From positions 1 through 56,882 of the IMG/VR virus record IMGVR_UViG_3300007514_000698: a DNA stretch of 56,882 nucleotides; one strand, 5' to 3'. A program made the position numbers and the translations under genes. This DNA is from a virus (lineage: Duplodnaviria; Caudoviricetes). The notes beneath the pieces are model-generated. The model did no database searches and was not told the origin of the DNA. It saw nothing but the letters and a program-made list of their open reading frames with translations. This document shows, in pieces, positions 10,189 to 20,864 of this stretch. Within the stretch, counting starts at the first letter, position 1, and the number at the start of each line of letters is the position of its first letter.

Positions 10189-10515
10189 ATGGACTTTGTA
10201 ACTATTACTAATGATGCAGATTTACAAGTGAAAACTTTGTTAAATTCGTTACCTGATGATGTTGGGTTACGACTCGCAGTAAAAGGTGGTGGTTGTTCGG
10301 GTTTGTCTTATGATTTACAATTTGGTAATGAAGAAGAAAATGATACTATCTTGGAAAAGGATGGTTATAGTGTTTACATAGATCAAAAGAGTATGATCTA
10401 TCTTAAAGGAATGTCCTTAGACTTTGATTCAAGTTTACAAGGAAAGGGTTTTGTTTTTGTTAATCCCAATGCAACTCAAACTTGTGGTTGTGGGGAGAGT
10501 TTTTCAATGACTTAA
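10189..10515 (+). CDS. iscA: IscA/HesB-family Fe-S cluster carrier
   Basis: GGGCSGLSY and NPNA..TCGCGESF; AGGAG RBS before ATG 10189. Confidence 0.93.
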   Translation: MDFVTITNDADLQVKTLLNSLPDDVGLRLAVKGGGCSGLSYDLQFGNEEENDTILEKDGYSVYIDQKSMIYLKGMSLDFDSSLQGKGFVFVNPNATQTCGCGESFSMT

Positions 10516-10529
10516 ATAAGGAGTTTATT

Positions 10530-10714
10530 ATGTCTATTTTATTAATGATTGTTGGATTGACGTTTGGTTCTTATTTAATCGAACCAGACTTGTTTAAAGA
10601 AGAAACCTATGTTGCAATATCTAAACATGAAACATTAAAACAATGTAAAGTAGTACAAAAAGAAAAACAAATATGTGTTGGTGATGAACCATCCTTTTTA
10701 TATGTAAGGAGTGA

Positions 10715-10718
<4 letters not shown>
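10530..10718 (+). CDS. small membrane/secreted hypothetical protein
   Basis: AGGAG RBS; hydrophobic N-terminus; two Cys. Confidence 0.5.
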
Positions 10719-12535
<1,817 letters not shown>

Positions 12536-12536
<1 letters not shown>

Positions 12537-12727
12537 TGTTCTTTAAAACTATTATAATTGTATTGATGTTGTCGGGTGGCAAAGCTTATGTTGATGTTCC
12601 ATACAAGGGTTATCCTGATATTAAAGCTTTATTTTTGAACGAATATCATTGTGAAGAAGTTAAAACTAACAACGAACAATGTGTTCGTATCAATAAAGAA
12701 TATGTAGGTTTAATAGAAAGGAAATAA
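12536..12727 (+). CDS. small membrane/secreted hypothetical protein
   Basis: Hydrophobic N-terminus; Cys pair spaced like the protein at 10530. Confidence 0.45.
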
Positions 12728-12728
12728 A

Positions 12729-13553
12729 ATGACTGATTATTATTTAGATAATCCTGACCATCCTTTGAATGGAAAGTTCCGTTCTGAAAAGGATTGGGGA
12801 ACTGATATTTTTGCAATTAATTTTAATTTACCAGAAGAAACTAGGTATAGTTTAATTAAAACTATTGCGAAACACGCATATCAGGAATATGATGATTATA
12901 GACCTGATGGTAGGAATAGTGGATATTCCAGTAGACATCATTATAATATGTTTGGAACGCCTGAATGGAAAAGTGATGTTAACGATTATAAAGAAATTGC
13001 GAATGAGTTAATTCGTTATTATGTTGCAAATGCTTGGGATGTTGAAGATGTTGAGAATATGGTTATAAAAGCTAAATGTTTTGGTAATATTCAAACATAC
13101 GGTCAACGTACTTATCCACACTATCATCATGGTTTTGATGGTGTTTTGATAACTTATCTTACAGTTGGTGAAGAATTTACAATTAGTAAGGAATGTATGG
13201 ATAATGGTGATTGGGATAATTTTGTAGGTGTTTTAGAAAAACCCGAAATAAAAGAAGGTTATGCAAGTATTAATGTGAATGATATGATGAACGCACAAAC
13301 ATTTAGACCCCCAAGTACACATCCTAAAGAATTTGAAAAAGGTGGAAATATGTTGTTACTAGACCCACTATCTAGGTCATATCCCTATAATAGAAAAGCA
13401 AGAGCAATTACACCAGAAAACGGATTGAGTGTATTACATCCAGGCTATTTGTACCATGAATCGAATACTTATACTGGTGCTGGGATTCGTGTAGCAATTA
13501 TTATTAATTTTAATGTACACAATAGTTCCGCAGACTCATTGACTGACTTATGA
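12729..13553 (+). CDS. putative 2OG-Fe(II) oxygenase (TIGR02466-like)
   Basis: PHYH...YL...LLDP...HPGYLYHE...RVAIIINF. Confidence 0.7.
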   Translation: MTDYYLDNPDHPLNGKFRSEKDWGTDIFAINFNLPEETRYSLIKTIAKHAYQEYDDYRPDGRNSGYSSRHHYNMFGTPEWKSDVNDYKEIANELIRYYVANAWDVEDVENMVIKAKCFGNIQTYGQRTYPHYHHGFDGVLITYLTVGEEFTISKECMDNGDWDNFVGVLEKPEIKEGYASINVNDMMNAQTFRPPSTHPKEFEKGGNMLLLDPLSRSYPYNRKARAITPENGLSVLHPGYLYHESNTYTGAGIRVAIIINFNVHNSSADSLTDL

Positions 13554-14179
13554 ACACAAATTTGATTAAACTTTTTCCTACAACGATTTCGATAACAGAA
13601 AACTTTTTAACGAATGATGAGTTAGAATTTCTTTTGAAAGTGGTGAGAGATTTAGAGACTGATAAACATGAGGTAATATTAGGAAAAGGTGTTTCAAGTA
13701 ATACTGTTAAAGATTATTTTCCATTTGATCGTGGGGTGAAAGATAAGTTAGTAGAAAAAATAAATGAGTATACAGATACTATGGGTTTGTATAGAGTGTC
13801 GATAGATAATTCTTGGTTTAATATACAATACCCTGATAGTCATTTAGAGATTCACAATCATCCAAATTCAAAAGTTTCTGGTGCATTGTACTTGAAGATT
13901 GATGAAAAAAGTAGTGAACTTGTTTTCCATGATGCACATCCATATCATACTTGGAGAGAACATACTACCAATAATAATTATAATGGTGATAAGTGTTCAA
14001 TAAAACCAAGTGTCGGTATGTTAGTTTTATTTCCATCTTGGTTAAAACATTCGAGTAATATTAATAAATCTAGTGAAAGAATTGTTATTAGTTTTAATAC
14101 AAATGATTTGGACTTGCCATTAGTTCAATATAGAACTTTACCTGGCGAAAGAATGAAAACTAAGAATTTTCAAAAATGA
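13550..14179 (+). CDS. putative 2OG-Fe(II) oxygenase (TIGR02466-like)
   Basis: SWFN, HNHPNS.VSGALY, FPSWLKH, RIVISFN. Confidence 0.88.
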   Translation: MNTNLIKLFPTTISITENFLTNDELEFLLKVVRDLETDKHEVILGKGVSSNTVKDYFPFDRGVKDKLVEKINEYTDTMGLYRVSIDNSWFNIQYPDSHLEIHNHPNSKVSGALYLKIDEKSSELVFHDAHPYHTWREHTTNNNYNGDKCSIKPSVGMLVLFPSWLKHSSNINKSSERIVISFNTNDLDLPLVQYRTLPGERMKTKNFQK

Positions 14180-14182
14180 TTT

Positions 14183-14258
14183 GCCCTCGTAGCTCAGTTG
14201 ATAGAGCACCTGATTTGTAATCAGGATGTCGGGAGTTTGAACCTCTCCGAGGGCTCCA
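14183..14258 (+). tRNA. tRNA-Thr(UGU)
   Basis: GCCCTCG/CGAGGGC acceptor stem, CCTGA-TTTGTAA-TCAGG anticodon arm, encoded CCA. Confidence 0.92.
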
Positions 14259-14271
14259 AAAAGGAGAAAAA

Positions 14272-14643
14272 ATGAAAGTTAATCATGTAACCCATACACC
14301 ACAGTCTTTTAATTCTCTACACGGTAAACAATATCCTAGACCATACGATAATGTAATGTTATATTGTCGTTATTGTCAAACAAGGATAGAGATTAAAGTT
14401 TATCACCCTACCGCACAACTGGAACATTACCAGTTAATCAACCTACCAGAAAGAATTGCAAAACATATGGAAGATCGTAAGGTACATTGTAAAACTTGTG
14501 ATAAGGATTTTCTTCTTGAGAAACAACATAAGGAAGAAAAGTTTGACTTTCATTTAAAATTAGACTGTTCTAATATGTCGGGTGGAATGGAAGAATGGTA
14601 CGAAGATTCTATTCCAAAATACTCTAATGATACTTACGCATGA
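14272..14643 (+). CDS. hypothetical Zn-binding protein
   Basis: CRYC...CKTC; AGGAG RBS. Confidence 0.55.
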   Translation: MKVNHVTHTPQSFNSLHGKQYPRPYDNVMLYCRYCQTRIEIKVYHPTAQLEHYQLINLPERIAKHMEDRKVHCKTCDKDFLLEKQHKEEKFDFHLKLDCSNMSGGMEEWYEDSIPKYSNDTYA

Positions 14644-15653
14644 TAAAATCTTTCTTTGCAAGTAAAAAATGGGCATTATGGGCATATGGTGGTTTATTGT
14701 TCATATTGGTATCTATGTGGGCACAAGTATCACTTACTGTTGCAATCAATGAATGGTATGGTGGGTTCTATGATCTCATGCAAAAGTCAGGTGAGTATGT
14801 TAATAACCCACAAGTCGGGATAGATTTATTTTATGAAAGGTTAATATCATTTGACCTAGAGGATAAGTCATTCTTTATGCTTGCAATGCCATTCATGCTT
14901 ATTCAAACTTTTACTGATTATTTTATAAGATGGTATGGTTTACGCTGGAGAGAATCTTTGACATTTTACTATATGCCACAATGGATGAATGTTGAGGAAG
15001 AAATTGAAGGTGCATCACAGAGAATACAAGAAGATATAAAACGATTCATAATGATACTAGAAAATCTTGGTGTCAACCTTATTCGTACTGTAATGGTTTT
15101 GATTGCATTTATTCCTTTGTTGCATGGATTAAGTGAAAAAGTAATTATTCCTTATTATGGGAGATTTGACGGAAGTTTGGTTTGGATTGCATTTGGAATA
15201 TCCATTGGTGGATTGATTATTACATGGATTGTGGGTTCAAAACTCCCAGGCCTTGAATATAACAATCAGAAGGTTGAAGCTGCATTTCGTAAAGAATTGG
15301 TATTTGCAGAGGATGATAAAAAGAATTACGCAAAACCTGATACGATACTGGAATTGTTTACTGGTATCAGAATTAATTATCAGAGACTATTTAATCATTA
15401 TGGATATACCGAAGGATGGATAAATGCATATAATCAATTTATGGTTATAGTTCCTTACCTATTAGTTGGTTCGGGATTGTTTACAAAATTAATTACACTT
15501 GGGGTTGTAGTTCAAGTTTCTAATGCGTTTGGTAAAGTACATGAAGGACTCGCATTTTTCCTGTTTCGTTGGGTTTTGATAACTGAATTCCGATCCATAT
15601 ATAAGAGATTATCCGAATTTGAGGGGAATTTAAGACGATTTAAGACCAAATAA
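14640..15653 (+). CDS. sbmA: SbmA/BacA-family peptide transporter
   Basis: MIKSFF, INEWYGGFYDL, IEGASQRIQED, KLPGLEYNNQKVEAAFRKELV; multiple TM segments. Confidence 0.88.
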   Translation: MIKSFFASKKWALWAYGGLLFILVSMWAQVSLTVAINEWYGGFYDLMQKSGEYVNNPQVGIDLFYERLISFDLEDKSFFMLAMPFMLIQTFTDYFIRWYGLRWRESLTFYYMPQWMNVEEEIEGASQRIQEDIKRFIMILENLGVNLIRTVMVLIAFIPLLHGLSEKVIIPYYGRFDGSLVWIAFGISIGGLIITWIVGSKLPGLEYNNQKVEAAFRKELVFAEDDKKNYAKPDTILELFTGIRINYQRLFNHYGYTEGWINAYNQFMVIVPYLLVGSGLFTKLITLGVVVQVSNAFGKVHEGLAFFLFRWVLITEFRSIYKRLSEFEGNLRRFKTK

Positions 15654-15718
15654 TGGCGTGGCGAATACCCTAGTAAGGCATTAATAATTTAACCTCAAAT
15701 CGACTCTGAGAGAGTCAA

Positions 15719-15768
15719 AAAGTCCTTTAGAATCAATAACTTATAACCCATTGATTTTAAAGGATTTA
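15719..15768. repeat. inverted pair of 25-bp quasi-palindromic elements
   Basis: AAAGTCCTTTAGAATCAATAACTTA directly followed by TAACCCATTGATTTTAAAGGATTTA; relatives at 45153, 49556 and 49617. Confidence 0.7.
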
Positions 15769-15776
15769 ACTTTTCC

Positions 15777-15805
15777 TTACATTCCTGACCTTTTTTTGGT
15801 ATATT
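15777..15805 (+). promoter_or_regulatory. sigma70-like early/middle promoter (TTACAT-N17-TATATT)
   Basis: Same CCTTACAT-N17-TGnTATnnT layout at 6363-6391 and 38788-38816. Confidence 0.6.
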
Positions 15806-15835
15806 ATTAACAGAATATTAAAATTGGAGCAAATT

Positions 15836-15952
15836 ATGGAATCTATTTTTAAGATGATTACTGGAATATTCTTTGTAACATTTGTACTTTGTTATTTCCT
15901 TGCGGCTGTATTTGCACCATTTGGTATTGTTTGGTTAGTCCTTGCACATTAA
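15836..15952 (+). CDS. small hydrophobic protein (38 aa)
   Basis: GGAG RBS; MESIFKMITGIFFVTFVLCYF...; below the ORF-track cutoff. Confidence 0.5.
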   Translation: MESIFKMITGIFFVTFVLCYFLAAVFAPFGIVWLVLAH

Positions 15953-15968
15953 TAAGTGGAGTTGAAAA

Positions 15969-16148
15969 ATGAAGAAACTTTTTAAAGTTGGGAAGGAATA
16001 CTTTGAAAAAAAGTCTGATGCAAAATTATATCGGAATAAGTTAGAGGGTTATACTCCTACTCCCGATAAAGACGGAAAGTACCCTGACCACAAATGGAAG
16101 TATGAGATTAAACGTGGCCCAGACCATTGGAAAGGGGAATCAAAATGA
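15969..16148 (+). CDS. small hypothetical protein (59 aa)
   Basis: GGAG RBS; MKKLFKVGKEYFEKK...RGPDHWKGESK; ATGA overlap with the next gene. Confidence 0.55.
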   Translation: MKKLFKVGKEYFEKKSDAKLYRNKLEGYTPTPDKDGKYPDHKWKYEIKRGPDHWKGESK

Positions 16149-16726
16149 AACCATTTCCTATTTGCGGTTGGGTAAATCAAAATGGTGATCCTGCTATTAT
16201 TGGGTTTGCAGGAAAAGCAAGAAGTGGTAAAGATACTGCTGGAAAATATCTAGTAGATACTTATCAGTTTCAACATTATTATTTCGCAAAACCTCTTAAA
16301 GAGGGTGTGAATAAAATGTTCAATCTTACCGAAGAACAGATAAAGAACAAAGAGAAGGTTGTAGAGCCTTGGGGTAAGTCTCCAAGAGAACTTTATCAGT
16401 TATTGGGTACAGACGTTGCAAGAAAGATTGACCCGAATGTTTGGATAAAAAATGCAGAAATGTTTCTAAAGAGATGTTCTGGATTTTCTGTTGCGATTAC
16501 TGACGTTAGGTTCGCAAACGAAGCAAAATGGATTCGGGATAAAGGTGGTGTCGTTGTATTTCTTACAAGTGAGACAAGAGGTATAACAGACCATACAAGT
16601 CATGCATCTGAAAACGGTTTAACTGGTGATGATGTTGATGTTGTTATTCAGAATGATGGTACAATCGCTGGTCTTTATGCACAATTAGAAGGTTTAAGGA
16701 GTGAACAAAATGAAGTCATGCAGTAA
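16145..16726 (+). CDS. gp1: deoxynucleoside monophosphate kinase (T4 gp1-like)
   Basis: IIGFAGKARSGKDT P-loop, FAKPLK, SPRELYQLLGTD, ITDVRFANE, HASE. Confidence 0.92.
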   Translation: MKPFPICGWVNQNGDPAIIGFAGKARSGKDTAGKYLVDTYQFQHYYFAKPLKEGVNKMFNLTEEQIKNKEKVVEPWGKSPRELYQLLGTDVARKIDPNVWIKNAEMFLKRCSGFSVAITDVRFANEAKWIRDKGGVVVFLTSETRGITDHTSHASENGLTGDDVDVVIQNDGTIAGLYAQLEGLRSEQNEVMQ

Positions 16727-16833
16727 ATTTGAAACAGTTTGTTGGTTTGCACTAGGAGTTGTTTGTGCAATATGTTTGATATTCGCATTTCAAGGAGTTG
16801 CGGATTTACTTTATTAATTAGGAGTGTTTTACA

Positions 16834-18027
16834 ATGAAACATCTTGCGTTGATCGCATCCTTCTGGATGTGGAGCATATCGGTTGCATTTGCGACTGATA
16901 CATTTGAAGATCGTTTTTTAAATCTTGGTGTTGATGAAGATTTCACAAAGTTAGAACGTGGAATGATTAAAGACCAAGTTAAAAACTTTATTCCCCCTTT
17001 ACTAGTTCCTGCCGTTACTGGACACGCATACGTCCTACCGCCAGGTCTATTCAATTTTTCTACAAGTTTTAAATTTGTTAATGTTGATGAAGATGATTGG
17101 TATAAAGATGGTGTTAGTAGTGATCCTATTCATAGAGAGAATCAGGTTCAACGCCGTTTTTTAACGTCATCCTTAAAATATGGTTTTGATCTTAACCGAA
17201 AATACTTTCACAGTTTTACTGCGGTTGTTAACTTAACATACGAAAGTTCTGTTAATAGAGGCCCAGTACGTTTACCTGACATTGGAAACAATGCAAAGTC
17301 TGTTTTTAATACAGGAACATCCGAAGGGTTGCAAGACCTCAATATTATGATTAAGAAGAAAATTTGGGATCAAGGTAATAAACCTCTAGGATGGGCGATT
17401 GCGTTTGGAGTGTACTTACCTACTGGTGATAACAATTCTAAAGCGGGTGATAATGGTGTCATCTCTGTTAAGGATGATACAACTGGAACGGTTACTAAAC
17501 CTACATTCAAAAGATTTACTGATACTGGTGAATTACCAGCAGGGAGACAATTAGGACAGGGTAACATTTCTTATAAATTTGCATCTTTTTGGACTAGACA
17601 AATGTTGCCTGGCGATATGCCCAGTTTCCTAGAAGGTACAGTATTCGATAGAATGGCCGTACATTGGGGATTTGCGTATCGTTGGAATTCTGAACATGAA
17701 GGAGTAGATGCTGGTGATACTGCAACAATCTTTGCATCAACAGTTGTTCCAGTATATAAAGATTATTTGTCTTTACAGATGTCTCAAGTGCATAAATGGC
17801 AAGAGAACGATAGTTATGATGGAGACTTTAAATTTCCCAATGCGAGTACCGCAAAACCTAGACCCGATTTTCGAGGGGGTTGGTTGAGTTTGGTAGGGCC
17901 CAGTATAATATACAGTCCTGACCCATTGGTTCGATTTACTGCATCATACTTACATAGACTACGTGCTCCTGATTTGGGGCCAAGTCCAAGTTATGTTGTA
18001 AACTTTAGTGCTGCTGTAACTTTCTAG
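16834..18027 (+). CDS. putative outer-membrane beta-barrel protein
   Basis: Signal peptide ending AFA; alternating amphipathic strands; LPTG motif seen in MetA-pathway-type barrels; C-terminal YVVNFSAAVTF beta-signal. Confidence 0.7.
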   Translation: MKHLALIASFWMWSISVAFATDTFEDRFLNLGVDEDFTKLERGMIKDQVKNFIPPLLVPAVTGHAYVLPPGLFNFSTSFKFVNVDEDDWYKDGVSSDPIHRENQVQRRFLTSSLKYGFDLNRKYFHSFTAVVNLTYESSVNRGPVRLPDIGNNAKSVFNTGTSEGLQDLNIMIKKKIWDQGNKPLGWAIAFGVYLPTGDNNSKAGDNGVISVKDDTTGTVTKPTFKRFTDTGELPAGRQLGQGNISYKFASFWTRQMLPGDMPSFLEGTVFDRMAVHWGFAYRWNSEHEGVDAGDTATIFASTVVPVYKDYLSLQMSQVHKWQENDSYDGDFKFPNASTAKPRPDFRGGWLSLVGPSIIYSPDPLVRFTASYLHRLRAPDLGPSPSYVVNFSAAVTF

Positions 18028-18038
18028 GAGATTATATA

Positions 18039-20864
18039 ATGTTTAAATTGATTTTCACAATCCTGTTTTTGATACCATCTTTAGTGAGTGCGGAATATAT
18101 TATGAACGCACCAGATGGTAGGAGATTACATCTTAAAGAGGGAACTTTTCAACCTGATCTAAGTCCGTACCGAAGTAAACTTCCAGAGGTAAAAATTCTG
18201 GATAGAACTTTTAAACCAAAATACCAACAATGGGCGGCAAATGAGGAATTCGAGATTTCTCAAACTGGTTTGAATAACATGGTTCGTGCATCATTACCCC
18301 TTGCACATAACTCTGCATTTATTTGGATGACAAACCAACAAATGTATTGGAACGCAAGGAATAATTTGGGATTTGGGTTTGCTGCTAGTCATGCTGGAAT
18401 TAATTTTGTAAACGGCCCTTATTTCACTTTAAAAGCAATAGAGTTGTCAAAGTATAATCGACTCTATCGGGATAGAGGGGAACGTACTTTGTCTAATAAA
18501 GATGTATTGTTACAATGGTACTTACCTCTAGTTTGGAAACGTGTTGGTATTCCAAGATTCCCTGATGATGGTTCTCCATCCTATTTGGAATTTGAAAGTG
18601 GTGATCCTCATTTCGTTGCACCTACTCCGATTGAAGATACGTTTAATGATCCTCAATCTGGAAAGAATGGTAAGTGGGGTGTACCAGAATATTTCCTACA
18701 AAATCGACAATGGAGATGGGATAGGGATGGAATGTCAAAATATCTTGACATGGGTAGTATTGGTATTATGTTGAAACGTGCTAGTATGTGGGTTGATTAT
18801 ATGTGGAAGTCAACCCATAGTGGAAAATCACCTACAACTCAAGATGCACGAATTACTCTAGCGGGTAATGATGCGGAAGAAGGGTTTAGAGGAATGGCAC
18901 TTGCAACAACTAGGGTGAATCAGGTACTTGCATTGAAATCACAGTTAGTTGCAGATGAACATGGAAAACTTGGTGGGGTTAATCCTAAGACGTATGACCC
19001 AAGAAACGGACTGAAATATTTTCCTCATAGAATATGGCCCAATTTACTACTTGCTGGAGATTTACCAGAAAGACAATGGGATTTTGAAATTGATGACCCT
19101 CGAAGTCTTTTGTTCGATCAGTCTGCATTACTTTGGGGTAATGCACATTTCTTTCAATCAACATATCGAATGACTGAAATGTTTACAGACAATCCCCCTG
19201 TAGATGGTGGAATTCTTGAAAAGAATCTTGGTGCAGTACCACACTATCTTGCAAATATGCAGATAAAGAATATTGTGCAGATGCATACAAGGGATGATCT
19301 TTTAGTTTCAGAATGGGATAAGGGTACAAAATGGGAGATGAAACTCATTGATGTCGGATTGACGTTTATTGCTATGAAAGAGTATGTTGACCGTATGCGT
19401 GATCCTCAAGCATTATTGGGAAAAGATGTAGATGACCTTGAACCTGTACTAACTAAAACTGCAACAAGAATCGTTACAAGAAATGCAGATTATCTATTAA
19501 AGTTACAGGGTGAGGATGGATCGTTTTGTCAGTCTTATGATGTTATGACCAATGATCCTATTGGTGCGTGTAACAAGTCAAGACCGAACTTTGTCGGTAT
19601 CTTTGCGTTACTTGAATCGCATAAACTTACACAAGAAACCAAGTACATTGAAGGTGCAAGAAAGACTTGGAACTATGTATGGGAAAACTATTGGGATGAA
19701 CCATCAGGATTATTCCGTAGTACATTAGGTGATGATACAGTTATCATTCATGCATTGGATGTTACTGCACAATTACGAGCATATAGAGAGATGTTGTTCG
19801 CAACACCTATCCATATGTCAAAACCATTTATTACTAAATTTTCTCGGTGGGCAGTACAAACTTTGATGATGTCGGGAATGATTCAATCTGAGGAAAATCG
19901 TAGTGGTGAACTCGGATTAGGTATAGGCACAGCAGATTGGGATAATGATGGTGTGCCGTGGTTAGGTAAGGGTGATGGTGAATTCGGTATTGCACCAACA
20001 CTTGCGTTAAAAGTTGCAGTTAACATTGGTAGGGTTGGAAATAATAAATCCTTCAATGCATTGAATGGACAGAAACATTATGCAGAGATGTATGGTGGTA
20101 AGATTAAATATGCATATCAAACATCTTCCATTGATGGAATGAAATTACCAGTTAAAATGGATATGGAAGATTGGGTAGAACGTGATGAGTTTTTAAGATG
20201 GGATGGTACAGTTATGATGTTACCCCCATCTAAAAAGTTTGAACGTGGTAGTGATTTGTCAGGGAGACAAATATTCGAGATGAATTGTGCTCATTGCCAT
20301 GGATATACTGGTGAGGGAATTACTGGAATATCTTATGCTTCGGACTCTTTGGTGAGAACTAGAGATGATATGTTTGAAGTTCCTAACAATGGAAGATTTA
20401 CTCGACTGATGCCAGAGTGGGGTATTGGTAACAGGGATGAACATGGTGGGGTATTAACCAAAGATGAAATCTATAAAATAGTTGATTACATTCAGAGTGA
20501 TGGATTTAAGAAAGTATTTAAGGATGTTCAAAAGGGTTATGCATTACCTAATTATCCCCCTAAAGACCCTTACTTCTTTATCTCTAGGTCTTATGATATG
20601 GGTAAGAAGAAACCAGCAACAAAAGAGGATATTGCATTAATTATGAATTTGCAAAGAGATGTCTCTAAAACTGGTAAACCTGTTAATATCATTAAACGAC
20701 TTATTGATGCAGAACATAATGGGGGTGCAAAAGGTCAGGTAAAAACTGCGACAGGATGGAATGATGAAAGTTATGGTGCAATTCTATCCTACGACAATAA
20801 GTTACAAATGCATTATGCAACAAAACCATTAATTATTATTGAGGAGACAGAAGAAGATGAATAA
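18039..20864 (+). CDS. large secreted protein with putative alpha/alpha-toroid region and C-terminal class I cytochrome c domain
   Basis: Signal peptide (VSA/E); GRQIFEMNCAHCHG heme motif (20286-20300) with downstream MPEWG axial Met; YIEGARKTWNYVWENYWD..GLF helical-toroid-like repeat. Confidence 0.7.
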   Translation: MFKLIFTILFLIPSLVSAEYIMNAPDGRRLHLKEGTFQPDLSPYRSKLPEVKILDRTFKPKYQQWAANEEFEISQTGLNNMVRASLPLAHNSAFIWMTNQQMYWNARNNLGFGFAASHAGINFVNGPYFTLKAIELSKYNRLYRDRGERTLSNKDVLLQWYLPLVWKRVGIPRFPDDGSPSYLEFESGDPHFVAPTPIEDTFNDPQSGKNGKWGVPEYFLQNRQWRWDRDGMSKYLDMGSIGIMLKRASMWVDYMWKSTHSGKSPTTQDARITLAGNDAEEGFRGMALATTRVNQVLALKSQLVADEHGKLGGVNPKTYDPRNGLKYFPHRIWPNLLLAGDLPERQWDFEIDDPRSLLFDQSALLWGNAHFFQSTYRMTEMFTDNPPVDGGILEKNLGAVPHYLANMQIKNIVQMHTRDDLLVSEWDKGTKWEMKLIDVGLTFIAMKEYVDRMRDPQALLGKDVDDLEPVLTKTATRIVTRNADYLLKLQGEDGSFCQSYDVMTNDPIGACNKSRPNFVGIFALLESHKLTQETKYIEGARKTWNYVWENYWDEPSGLFRSTLGDDTVIIHALDVTAQLRAYREMLFATPIHMSKPFITKFSRWAVQTLMMSGMIQSEENRSGELGLGIGTADWDNDGVPWLGKGDGEFGIAPTLALKVAVNIGRVGNNKSFNALNGQKHYAEMYGGKIKYAYQTSSIDGMKLPVKMDMEDWVERDEFLRWDGTVMMLPPSKKFERGSDLSGRQIFEMNCAHCHGYTGEGITGISYASDSLVRTRDDMFEVPNNGRFTRLMPEWGIGNRDEHGGVLTKDEIYKIVDYIQSDGFKKVFKDVQKGYALPNYPPKDPYFFISRSYDMGKKKPATKEDIALIMNLQRDVSKTGKPVNIIKRLIDAEHNGGAKGQVKTATGWNDESYGAILSYDNKLQMHYATKPLIIIEETEEDE

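Noticed and set aside
18039-20864. Assignment as NXR subunit, NirS/NirK, NosZ or HAO
   Set aside because: Only one CxxCH, and no molybdopterin, CuA/CuZ or beta-propeller signatures visible; left unassigned.
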